Shown here piece by piece: positions 1 through 11,849 of a stretch of DNA of 57,780 nt. Each line of letters opens with the position of its first letter. The stretch's first letter is position 1. This DNA comes from Catajapyx aquilonaris (Eukaryota): positions 1 through 57,780 of the forward strand of contig JYFJ02002398.1 in NCBI GenBank assembly GCA_000934665.2, read 5' to 3'. The notes beneath the pieces are model-generated. The model saw only the letters and a list, made by a program, of their open reading frames with translations. It had not been told where the DNA came from and ran no database searches. The translations under genes were made by a program, and so were the position numbers.

Positions 1-245
1 TATAATAATATAAAATAATGGCGACTAGACATACAGTTTTGGCGACCATGCTATACATATCAGGTGCCACTGGCGACCTGCCTATGTATCCCAATTTTGA
101 ACACTGATCTGGACGCGTGAAGCTGCCCCACATCCACCCACATTGCACCCAATATTGCCAATGTGGCGCCGATATATCCACTATATTGGCTAAATAGTGG
201 CAATATTGCCAATGTGTCGCCAATAATCCACTATATTGGCTAAAT

Positions 246-540
246 TGTAACCGAAGCAGGTTGGCATAGTGGATAAGGCATCCGCCTGCTAATCGGGAGG
301 TCCTGGGTTCGAATCCCGGGGCCGGCAACTCTGACCGTGGTTTTCTGTGGTTTCCCACGGTCCTTCCAGGAAAATTCCGGAGTTGCTTCCGTAATTAATG
401 GGCCACAGCCGCTTCCTTCCGTCCCTATCCTATCCCAAAAAGCACAGTAAAAATGAAAAGCAAAGAGTTCCAGGCAAAACAAACTTCCCCCCTAAAGAGG
501 CGATGGCTGATAACGGGGTATGAATTATTATTATTATTGC

Positions 541-594
<54 letters not shown>

Positions 595-626
595 TATTAT
601 TATTATTGTTATTATTGTTATTGTTA

Positions 627-699
<73 letters not shown>
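246..699 (+). mobile_element. tRNA-derived SINE (family 1) with (TAT)n tail
   Basis: A-box TGGCATAGTGG and B-box GGTTCGAATCC; tRNA-like head; 3' (TAT)n tail 524-699; flanked by direct repeat TATTGGCTAAAT (234-245 and 700-711); second copy at 3538-3703. Confidence 0.85.

Positions 700-702
<3 letters not shown>
524..702. repeat. (TAT)n microsatellite (SINE tail)
   Basis: Direct reading; it explains the poly-N and poly-L ORFs. Confidence 0.95.
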
Positions 703-703
<1 letters not shown>

Positions 704-811
704 GGCTAAATAGTGGCAATATCCATGCAACCATGCAAGAGCTGCTCAAACACAAAACTCGGCCGGCCATATAATGCAACCTTATCTGTCGGTCTCTCCA
801 CAGTTGGCAGA

Positions 812-1126
812 TATGTATTGGCGGGAAAGGAAATAGGTCGCGGTTAGGACATTTGGCGGTAAATGGAATTGGCGGGAAGGACTTTCGGCGGCAAAGGAAA
901 TGGGCACTCAGGAGTTTAGGCGGGAAAGGGAATTGGCGGTAAGGCAGGCGACCCCAGCCACTACTCCACCCGGCCTGATGATTTAGTGCCGTGATGAGAA
1001 GTTGGCAGCACTCACCAGGGGCCTGTATTGGCGGGAAGGGAAATAGGTGGCGGTTAGGACTTTTGGCGGGAAGGGAAAGTGGAGGCCTGATGAATTTTAG
1101 TGCCGTGACCAAAAGGTGGCAGCACT
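812..1126. repeat. Imperfect direct duplication rich in TTGGCGGGAA motifs
   Basis: TGTATTGGCGGGAA(A/G)GGAAATAGGT.GCGGTTAGGAC occurs at ~814 and ~1024; GCCTGATGA..TTTAGTGCCGTGA at ~973 and ~1086. Confidence 0.7.
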
Positions 1127-3537
1127 AATTGTTCAAGCCGCCACATCATCTGGAGCGTTCCGGAGGCGAAAAAAATAAGGCTATTATTATAGCGGGGGGA
1201 TGGCAGACGCATTTTGTCTGCGCCTACAATCTTGCGTATAGGGGGAACTAAGCTGAACTTTGAACATTCGTATAACTTACCAAATGTTTTTCAAATTCTT
1301 TTACATTTAAAATTATCGATTTTTAAAAAGAATGTGTTATTGAAAAGGCGATAATTTGCCTAAAAATAAACAGTTTGTGGGGGTTATTTTGTTATAATTA
1401 TAAAATTATGTTCACATGCTTAACCTTGAGGAAATGACCACTGTCACAAAGTCACCCATCAATGAGGGTAAATATTTCTGTAAACTATAGAGTAGGCCTA
1501 ATCGTTATTATCTGCACACGGATATAATACGCTGATGAGGGTATAAACTCAATAAGACATTTTTGTGGGGAATGCAACCGATTCTGTTGATATTAATTTT
1601 TAAAAAAACTGCCCATCATGCTCGTATGAGTATGACCAATTTGGTATGACCAGCACAACTGACGTACTGATCATCTGGTGACCGGTCAGGTCATGTAGAA
1701 GAGGATATAAAATTGTTTTAAAAATAGTTTACAAATGGCTTAAGCTGATGAAAAGGGAATCAGATTCGCTCCTGTAGTGGTTGAGGATGTGCTGACTAGT
1801 CGTTGGCGGCAATACTGGCGAATCATATTTTATACACCACGAGGTTTCAATGATCATTACTGGCCTGCCTACGTACAATAATTACAATTTAAAGACGATT
1901 AGGGAAAGGCACAATCGTATTGTTAAAAACAATTGGTTCCAAAATTATTCTCCAACATCACCACATTCAATGGATACGGTAGGGGTAGCATGTTTACAGG
2001 GAGAAATTTTTCAGTGTAATTTATTCGTGAAAATCATTTTATTTTTGACAGGTTGAATCAAGTGAGTGTTTTTTTTTAAATGTTTCCTTTGTTTTTATCA
2101 CCTGATGTTGCTGTATGTTAATACCTGCTACAATATTTCCGGAATATTGTCACATGTCAACAAATTATCGCAGACACACGTCTCAATTGCCAATATGCCA
2201 TTATGGTTGTATAGCACATTATTTTATGCTTCCAAATAGCTGCTTATTAACACCTTTTATCAATGCAAACTTTTAGTTTGTTACTTTTAAATGAGATTCT
2301 GACCTCAAATCCTGCCATTTTCCCTGTGCTTCTCAGGAATTTGAACTATAGATAGACCATCGCATGCATTGTCACCAGTGTTTCGCCAGACTCTAACTTG
2401 CTGTTCGGACTATTTGATTTTTTTGCTTTAATTTTTTTTTTGTCTCCCCAGATGCTTTTGTACAACAATGAGTTTTACAGGTTGCGTTTCTCGGCAACAT
2501 CCACCATATTATGTGTCCCACAACGTTACTGCACTGTGTATGACACAATGTGAGGTCACTTGAACTTTACCGTGAGGCCGTGACCCCCAAAAATGTCGCC
2601 AACTTATTTCGCCCACCACAAACTCAGCTTGTGAATGGCCAATGTCTCCCATAATACGTATATATATTTTTGAAATGTGACTCGGTTGGCATGGCTGGGT
2701 AGGATATTGAAACTGGAGAGCTGATAAATCCGGTGACCTTTGGGTCAGGTATGGACACGAGCGGATTTCCCGATTGCCTCAAGGCTGCAAGCCCCATTGG
2801 TCAATTCAATGCTCCTGACTCCCTCATACAAATAATATCATTCAGAGTCATCAGTCAGTGAATATTCCTTCCGCCGCTGTTTGAAGCGCCACTGATACTT
2901 TGCCATCTACCGGAGAGAAGTGCCACTACTAATGTTCATGCGGAGGGATTTAATCAGACATTACCCTTTGGTGTCTGATTATTCCGCCACGTGCGAGCTG
3001 GTCAGACGCATTCAGAGTTGGGCACGTGGTTGGGCAGTAGGTGATGGAGGAAGCAGTTTGGGAGGACATACCATGGACCAAGGAGTCTGTGTGTCTGTCG
3101 TACCAAGGCAATGTGAGTTATTAACTGATTGTTGGACGAAATGTGTGGAGGGGCGAACTCTTTCAAGGCCAAGATAGGTGTCAAGGTCAAATAACACTGC
3201 CATGAAAATCAACTACCTCTCCATATATAGGACCAGATAGGACTGGGCCGATTTTAATGTTACACTAGAAAAACCCTCGCTATAAGAGAATGATGTGTCC
3301 TCGTTGACGTCCAGCAAGAGACTGTGGCGTTCTTCCACCCATTGCGCATGCTCGGAACAGGGGGCCAATCGGAGGCGTCATGGTAACAATACGCCCAGGT
3401 AACAATGGGCGGGGGCCAATCGGAACGTGGTGGTAACAACAATGGGCGGCTGACCAATCAGAGCGAGCCTTATACAAACACCGCAAGGATTTTAATATTA
3501 TAGATGGTGCGGGTAACAACTCCTGTCACCAAATGTA

Positions 3538-3703
3538 GCTGTGGCCTATTGTTCACGGAAGCGACCCCGGAATTTCCTGGGAGGACCGACCGTGGGAAAC
3601 CACAGAAAATAACCACGTTCAGGATCGCCGGCCCCGAGACTCGAACCCAGGACCTCCCGATTAGCAGTCGGACGCCTTATCCACTCCACCAACCTGCTTC
3701 GGT
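3538..3703 (-). mobile_element. tRNA-derived SINE family 1, 3'-truncated copy
   Basis: The reverse complement closely matches 250-410 (CCGAAGCAGGTTGG...GGATAAGGC.TCCG.CTGCTAATCGGGAGGTCCTGGGTTCGA...TTTTCTGTGGTTTCCCACGG...GGCCACAGC). Confidence 0.85.
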
Positions 3704-4307
3704 TGTTGTCAATCACTGTTGTTCATATTGACGTCAGTGATAGTGTAAGACTGACCGCATTTTACAGGTTTTTATTGCCCAGTTTTTTCCGAATATATTG
3801 AGAATAAATTGTCTGAATCACTCTAAAGGAGCACTCAATATGAGGATATACAAATACTTTAATCATCACAATGGTCATGATCTTATACTGTGGTAGCTAC
3901 TACAATATACAATAACGTATAGCCTACATTTCGATATATATTTTTTTGTATTTAAAATTTACGTTACAGCGGATATGTAAGCTTTATTTTCCTGCCTAAA
4001 TTTTTTTGACCACTTTTATCCTCATAGTCAAAAAACTCTATGATAGGCTACTATGCCACAAAATTATTCACCATTATAACAAGCTAGGCAGTATATTCAA
4101 AAATTTATGACCCTAATTATATGGTCTATTTTATTTAAAGTTGTCTGTTCAGGTCCATGACTGGGGAAATACCGTACCACTGGTACCAGTGTAGAATATT
4201 TTTCATAATTCTGGTAAAAAGTATATTCCGTAAATAGTGATGAATAATGTCAAGAATGGTGCCAATATAACGGCTATTGACATTTCAGTAAGCGCACAGA
4301 TGAGTTT

Positions 4308-4605
4308 TAATAATAATAATAATAATAATAATAATGATGATGATGATGATGATGATGATGGATACCCCGTGATAGGCCCCTTGGGTCTCTTAGGTCATCT
4401 TTTGAATAACCGACTTTAATCATTGCCTGCTCTGTGACGGATTTAGATTGTGGGAGGAAACGGGAGAACCCCGAGAAAATCCACGCGAACACGGAGAGAA
4501 CCCATCAAATCTCTATCCACATAAGCATACTCTGTCAGATCCGGGGATCGAACTCGGGATCTTAGAGGTGGAAGGCTGTGGCGCTAACAACTCGGCCGCT
4601 GCCCT
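4308..4605 (-). mobile_element. tRNA-derived SINE family 2 with V-domain-like core
   Basis: B-box GAGTTCGATCCC; core TTCTCTCCGTGTTCGCGTGGATTTTCTCGGGGTTCTCCCGTTTCCTCCCACA; (ATC)n/(ATT)n tail; target-site duplication AGATGAGTTT at 4298-4307 and 4606-4615. Confidence 0.8.
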
Positions 4606-5137
4606 AGATGAGTTTAAAAAATAATGTCAAGAGATCTACCAAAAAATTAAGGTCAGAGAGTAGAGAATAAACCTTTAAAAAACGTAAACTGTGTGACGTA
4701 ATAAAGGTGATTTAGAAAGTATCGGTTATGTAAAATGTCTAGAATGATATTGCACAATAACGTACTTTGTGACAGGTCCAAAGTAATTTTGTGCTCTCGA
4801 GAGGCGAGGATAACAGTTATATTTCCGTCACCCGCCATCATTTTGCAATCTGAATTGTTGAACCTTCAGATAATCCAGCTAGGCTTCCCCATTTAATATT
4901 CAGCAAAGAAATAAGTTCGCCATAACCGATAATTTGTAGCTACATGTAGTTATCGCAGTAATTAACAGCTCGCTTTGTTAATATATTTTATGGTACGTGT
5001 GTAAAAAAAATTGAGTGTCCATTCTTGTAGCTGTTTTACACCATTATTTTCTAGCAACAAATGCTACGATCGCCAAATCTGGATAATATTCTCATATAAA
5101 AAGGAGCAAATCGATTGGAATAGATCAGTTTTCCAAC

Positions 5138-7050
5138 ATGGAAGCGATGCGTGTAGCAGTTGTTGCTCTTTGCTTCCTGGCAGCATTTACATCTGGTCAC
5201 GTTCAGACATTGACATCTGTTGGGTCGGAAGAGGAAGAGCTAGTGTCCTCCCTGGTTCAAGATGTCCGTGGTTCGAGACCCGAGTGTCTCCTGGTGCTGT
5301 GCTGCGACTGGTTGGTGTTCCCCTCTTCGTTTAACCGGCTGATCAACAATGGATCGGAGGAAGTGGCGGTGGTGAGGTGGGACGGGACACCAGTGGACGC
5401 CAGTGGACAGTACTGGTTCTCCTGGCTGCACAGACCGGAGGCCAGGAGACTGGACCCCTGCGCCACCTTCCTCTTCGCCTTCGGGACACTGGACACCTTG
5501 TCTCCTCTGGTGGTCCACGCGGCCACTCTTCACCTCATGGACACCGGAAGGGACAGGTTCCTCTTCTGGCCCAGGGACGGAGGTCTGGACACAGTCTTGA
5601 TGCATCCCATCGCCCAACTCATGCTCTTTCAGGTCGGGATCCAGTTCGACCAGGACTCCAGCTCGCTCAAGGTGATGGCGAACTGCCACTATTGCGATCA
5701 GGGACGCCCGAAAGTTGTTCAAGTAAGTAAATATAAGGGTTTTGGCACGGCAAATGAATTGTTCCCAGACTACTCCACCAATCTGCATGGAACTTTTGTA
5801 AATGCTACAGGACAGTTAGATCTCACGAAACAAGATTTGAAGCATTTGTACGATAACAAGCTTCCAATGTACAGTGCAGTTAATTTTATGCTGTTTGTAA
5901 GTGAGGCTCTAAATTTCGATTGGGCCACTGAAGCGTGCAATTTCGAAGAAGGTGAAATTGCTGACTCTCCTTTGCCTGATGGAAATTACACAGGTCAAAC
6001 TGGTCAGATCATACACAGAAATGCAGAGTTAGGCGTAACCATGTTGTCAAGCGAAATGTGCCAAGTTGTTGATGTTATATTCCCTCATTATTATGGCTAT
6101 TTGTCATTTACCACCAGAAGACATAGACACAGTTACCAGTGGAATTCGGCCATCATGCCATACACTTTGGACATGTGGGTTTGCACCTTTATTGTGACTA
6201 TATTTGGCAGTTTATTCCTATTCGCTATGTTAAAAATGCAGAAGAAATTCAGCGATCCTTTTCCAGGCAAAGACCCTTCATCCTTCCTCCTCTATTCATT
6301 ACGGTACTCATTTTCCACACTGATTGAGGAAAATCCCAACAGTGTACCTGAAGGTGATGCTCCTCGAGTGTTCATATCCTTCTGGTGGATTGGTTCATTA
6401 GTTTTAATATGTGGATACGAAGCCAGATATTTTGGGTTCCTGGCATCCCCATTGCTGGAAGATTTGCCCAAGACATTTCAAGATCTGGATGCAAGAAGTG
6501 ACCACTGGGAATGGGGGACTTTGGAAATTGCCAAACCATACTACTCGCGAATTTTTATGAATAATGAGTTGGAATACTTCAAACCCATTGTTGCTAAAAT
6601 GATATCCGAGTTTGACTTCAACACATGCATACGTAAACAATAGAGACCAATTACGCCTGCATTACAGCCTCTGACCTACTGTGGGCTCTAGGGGCTCAAT
6701 TTATAGACAAAGCTGGACGAATCCCCATTGTTGTGACAAAAGAGGCGGAAGTTTTGGTGCTTCTGGGTACTATAATGGACAAACACAGCTTGCTGAATTC
6801 GAGAATCAACAAGATATCACTACGTTACATCGACTCTGGTTTCATGACCAAGTACAACCAGCTGTTTCTAGACGCCTGCATGGTCATGGGAATCAGAGAT
6901 GCGAGAAAGAAGAATCGATTGTTCCAACAATCGATGGCCTTGAACCTGGAACAAATGAGAGGCCTGCTTTATTTCCTGGCAATTTTCTGCTGGTGTTTGA
7001 GTGTACTTGTATTCATTGTTGAACTTGTAATTGGGGTTGAATCGCTCTAA
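5138..7050 (+). CDS. Divergent ionotropic receptor (IR/iGluR-like), intronless, one frameshift near 6635-6640 (assembly error or young pseudogene)
   Basis: Signal peptide; S1 lobe (DGNYTGQTGQIIHRNAELG..FP); pre-M1/M1 (IMPYTLDMW...); pore region (LIEE..VP..RVFISFWW...ICGYEARYFGFL). After the shift the frame reads IETNYACI...KHSLL..RINK...YIDSGF and the last TM (LNLEQMRGLLYFLAIFCWCLSVLVFIVEL), stop at 7050. Confidence 0.85.
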
Positions 7051-8033
7051 TAAATAATCTGGGATACCCTTCAATAATTATAGTCTATGTATGCAGGGTG
7101 CAGAAATTTGACCTACCGTCGCTTTGGGGGATGATATATAGAGGGCTTCCAGGCGAAAATTTTAACTATAGGAATTGTGGATCTCCACAGCAAATTACCG
7201 AGATAATTTGCATTAAATAAAAAAATGCATTAGACTTTAATACCAGCTCATAGGTTTCGTTTCAGATTACTGCTTACGATACTTCCATCGTCTAGGTCCT
7301 AAATATGATCGTAAATTAAAATTAAATTACATAACACCTAACATTTAAATGAAAAATGGTAAGGTCCCATTGTAGGGACACATTTATCCAGAGTATTTTA
7401 TATTTCATATTTTCATATTAATTTTTATGGACTTACGGCTATTGCAATTTCCACAATTGCGTACCAGTTTGTACACAATGATGTCAAAATAAATTAATGC
7501 AATCAAAATCATGTACTGGCTTTGTAAGTCAATGGAGTCATGACATTCTACATTTTAAGCTTGGTACACTAATTGGACTGTGCTTTGCAATAATGGGTTA
7601 ACACACAATTTATATATTACTATTAAAATTCTACAAATTTTGAGGATGGCCGATTGTACTGTTGCATTCAACAATAAAATCAAAGCAATCACATGACACA
7701 AATTCCGGAAGATGTTCAGCAGATATGGATTGCCCAGGGCACGTCGCAGTAGAGTGTGCATGCAGATAAGTGGCGTATTGTAAACACATCGATCCTAATG
7801 CAGCCAGTTCCTGTCTACACTTATTGTCAGCACGCAAAATGGGGCTCGGTTTGTGGCTCTCTGATGTCATTTTCAAAGCAAAGTTCTCAAGTGGGGACGG
7901 AAATAAAGATAATGTCTAGTTAATAAGGTCAGGAATTATTTCACCAATCAATCAGGATGGTAATGAGCTCTTTATTTCCTTATATTTACAGTCCGTCAAA
8001 TGCTATGAAGCGCTAAGTCCGTTTCCGTCTTCT

Positions 8034-8708
8034 TCATTTACTGTTAGTTGTGTTCTGGGACAATTCGACGAAGTACTGGGTGACAGCATCCTTCCACATC
8101 TGAGGGTAGTCCTCCTGAAGGACTCCCAAAGGAGGTGGTTCGGTCGTGGTCTGGGGACAGTCATCACACTCGGCTGACCTTCCAGACGGGATAACCTCTT
8201 GAGATTCCTCTGGAAGATAAAATATTTAATGAGTGATTGATTGTTCAAGATATTAATTTTTTAGCGAGCTATTGAAAGAATCATCCACATCATACTGCAG
8301 AGGCAAAATGCAATTAATTCGGGCTCTATTGTCGAAAATAATTACGGTTAATTAGAGTAATGCCCACAACTCAGCAATACCGGGTTTTCTGTGTAATATT
8401 TCATTTTTTTCCGAATTCATTTTACTTAATTGGAAAAAAATTGCTATGTACTACTAGGCACATAATTTATGGCCTGCTGTACCACGTGCAAAAAGTAATG
8501 TTGTAAACCAATCCCGTTGTAACTCACCAAACTGGTCCTGCAACGACTTCCCCACGTGCGGACAAGGAAGCCCGTAGACGAAACACTTGATCTGGAGTAT
8601 GAACCAACTGTCGGACAAGGATTGTTCCGATGGCTCCTCTTCCTCCTGGACAATAGTGGCGCCGCTGCAGAGCGCCACCGTCGCCAACACCAGCGCTAAG
8701 CGGCGCAT
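8034..8708 (-). CDS. Chemosensory protein-like CSP-A (atypical, ~118 aa)
   Basis: Exons 8708-8528 and 8209-8034, GT..AG, phase 1. Signal peptide; QIKCFVYGLPC...ECDDC...QEDYPQMW (C-X6-C-X25-C-X2-C). Confidence 0.75.
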
Positions 8709-9176
8709 CCCAAAATACTAAATTCGGGTTTAAATATATGGACCACCCAAAATATTGCGTCTGGATCGACCTGTAGACCGGCTTCGAATGGAATCTTTCC
8801 TTTGTCCACTAAAAGCTAAGGATGAGTACCGGGGGGGCTACAAACTAACAAGATGGGGTTGGGGGGATGAGGGTAGGAGGGGGGGGGAGGGGTAAAAGAA
8901 AAATGGGCAGGTTTAAAGGGCGCCTTCGGGCTCCAAAAACGTGTTTTTTGGGGGCATCGGATATTGACCTGGACACTCCAAGGACTTGCCATTTTTTTGT
9001 GTGAGTTGGGCCTTCAACAGTTATGCGCTGAGCTTCTGATTGACCAACATTCCTGCAAAATTTGCGATATTTTGCACACAAAAAAATGTGTGCGATTTAC
9101 TGCGTCACTAGTTATTGTCATAATGGGGCAAGTTAAATGCAATATTTTTTTGTGTGACATTTTATTACGGGTCAAA

Positions 9177-10664
9177 TCATGGGGTGACTGGGGTTGTGGT
9201 GAGTCCCAAGGGTTGGACCAGATATTTGTCTATTGCGTCTCTCCATTCTTGGGGGTAGTTTTCCTGTACGTGTAGTGCTATCTTCTCAATCCTCTTCTTT
9301 CTGAACTCGTTGCAAAACTCTTCGGTTTTACACTCGGTCTTTAGGAACAGGAGCACATTGGCTGGAAATGGTAAAGAGAGCTTAAATTTAATATTCAATA
9401 TTATTCTTTTTGATTATTATTATTATCCTAAGGTGCATGCAACCCACAATGGCCGTGCTGCAAACAGACTTGTTTCAATGCCACGGTGTTCATGACCGCG
9501 ATTTTGCGGAGAGGGAAAAAGGCAACGTGAGAAAGTGACGCCTTGAAACAAAAATCTACTTAGATGGTAGATTAATGAGCATTGCGCTGGGGATTGGGAG
9601 CACACTATTTGTTATGTGGTGAGTCATACCTAGTAGTCAAAACGAAATGGGTCTCCAGGTCATTAATGTTATTAAATTAAAATTAATGTAAATTTTAAAT
9701 TAATAATAATTAATAATTACATAAATAAACTATAAATCAGCAAATATTAATAACGCTTTAATCCTAATGTTATATAATTTTAATAAATAGTAATAAATAT
9801 TAAATAATATTAACCATATAACAAATAAATAATAATCAGCAAAAATATATAAATATAATTGGTGGTAATAAAAAATAAAATAATGGCATAAAATAATGAA
9901 TAAGAAATGATATAAAATAATAATTTTATTACAAAGTAATAATATTAATTTAACTAACAACTAATAATCAAAGTATATAAATCAATAATTACAATTGACG
10001 ATAATAATAAATGACATTAATAGTAGACCTAATAGTGTAGGCCTAATAAATAAAATGAAAATAAAAATAACATAAATTAAAAATAAAAATAACAAATAAA
10101 TTGAAAATAAAAATAACAAATATGGTACCTAACAAATAAATTGAAAATAAAAATAGCAAACAAATTGAAAATAAAAATAACAAATAAATCGAAAATAATA
10201 ATAACAAATAAATTGAAAATAAAAAATAACAATAGTGATGGTAGGCTATAACTAATAATAAACTAAACAATATTGCTTAAAAATAACAAATAGTAACAGA
10301 GATAATAGTAAACCGGTTGCCATGGAAACAAAACCTGGACAAACAAACAAACAATTTTAGCATTTTAAAATATTCGAAATTTACTTTCAAAATATACTGT
10401 GTAATGGAGTATTTTAAAAATGGGAAAATAAAATGGGCATGCTGTGACCTCACCTTTCAAGAAACTTCCAATGATGTCACATGGCTTGTCATACACCACG
10501 CAGTCCAAGGTGAGCTTGACGCTCCTCTTGTTGCCCAAGTAGTCCTCAATGTTGACCCGATCGGCCTGGTCCCACGTGAACTGCCTCTTGACCCTGACTG
10601 ACCCCAAGGAGAGCTGACCAACAACGATCAGCAGCACAGCACAGAGCAGCTTGAACCCAGCCAT
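9177..10664 (-). CDS. Chemosensory protein CSP-B (~131 aa)
   Basis: Exons 10664-10454 and 9361-9177. DRVNIEDYLGNKR..CVVYDKPCDIIGSFLK | ANVLLFLKTECKTEEFC...QENYPQEW. TATA-like element at ~10709-10718. Confidence 0.88.
9670..10310. repeat. AT-rich low-complexity tract with ~24-bp tandem units in the CSP-B intron
   Basis: Repeated AAATAAATTGAAAATAAAAATAAC units. Confidence 0.7.
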
Positions 10665-11849
10665 GATCAGAGAAGGAATAAGCAGTACAAACCATACCGT
10701 GCCAAGCTTTTATATATACTAAAAGGAGAAGGTCTTGGACCTGAACCACTTTTTTAGCCATGTGGGACACGAAGATTGTTGTTTTGAGTCGGACAAAAAA
10801 ATTAGCAAAAAAAAAAAAGCCCATGGAGGAAACGCTCCCATCGAGACGACCTTGCAATTCGCAACGAAACAATCGCCCCTCTCTTTCAGTGGGAAGATTT
10901 TTTCGCGTGGATTTTTATATTTTTGTGCATTGTTTTTTAGCAATTGGCGGTCTTGTCAGGCACGAACACTTATTTCTGCCATGCTAATTTTTGCAAATTT
11001 TAATTAATATTGAGGCTAATCTTGTGAGTTGCATGGTGTACAACTCTGAGCACGTGCCTACTTAAAAATGTATTTTTATTCGCCAATTTTTAGAGTGGCA
11101 CACACTCCAAAATCAGACAGGAAATGAGGTAGAAAAGTGTGTTGTTGACTCCAGCAACCAGTTTGATGATAAGCAACATGTGGCACTGATTGTTGCAAAA
11201 ACATTGCTGAACCTGTGCATATCAATATATTTGTGTGCAATAGTGCTTAATAATTTAATTACACGGCGAAAATAATGTGCATTAATTTTAACTGTATTTA
11301 AATATATTTCATGGAATTTGTTTAAATATATACGGTACCGTATTTAACAAAACAACAGAAAAACAAATCAAATCGCAACAGATGATGTCTGTACCTGTGC
11401 ATTTCATTTTGTGCAATATTTAAATGGCTTATTAATTGAATTTTACTATATTTTATATTTAAATATATCTATGAAATTTTAATTAAATTATATATATATT
11501 TAAAAAAATATGCAGGAATTTTCTCTACGCCAATGGCGACAAGTGAGTTCAAGTGAATGGGATAGGTTCAAAATGTGCAAAAATGTATGTTACACAGCAC
11601 TTGCAAAATGTACGAGTCTAACTATCATTTAAGTGTTCAATGACCTGTGCCGTTTAATGTGTCAAGGAAATCAGGGTAAGGGTGTGGAATTTGACTTAAA
11701 AAGGAACTAGGCCACTATTTACATTCCGTATGTATATATATATATATATATTTTTTATTTTGCACGATCTTGTTACAACTGGTCAAAACTATGTACATAT
11801 TTTATGGCTTAATTTTTGTACTATTATTTTTTTCGAAAAATTTTGGGCG

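Noticed and set aside
250..325. Functional tRNA gene (GCT in the anticodon-like loop)
   Set aside because: It continues into a conserved body with a tail and target-site duplication, a second diverged copy exists, and it lacks the long variable arm of tRNA-Ser. It is a SINE head.
425..730. Poly-Asn and poly-Leu ORFs (likewise 43614-43973 and 44881-45180)
   Set aside because: They are translations of trinucleotide microsatellites.
2700..3520. GC-balanced stretch with several short ORFs, possibly a transposon fragment
   Set aside because: No recognisable protein motif or splice structure; cannot be assigned.
5240..5788. Antisense and alternative-frame ORFs over the IR gene (also 55398-55983)
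   Set aside because: Shadow ORFs caused by GC-rich coding sequence.
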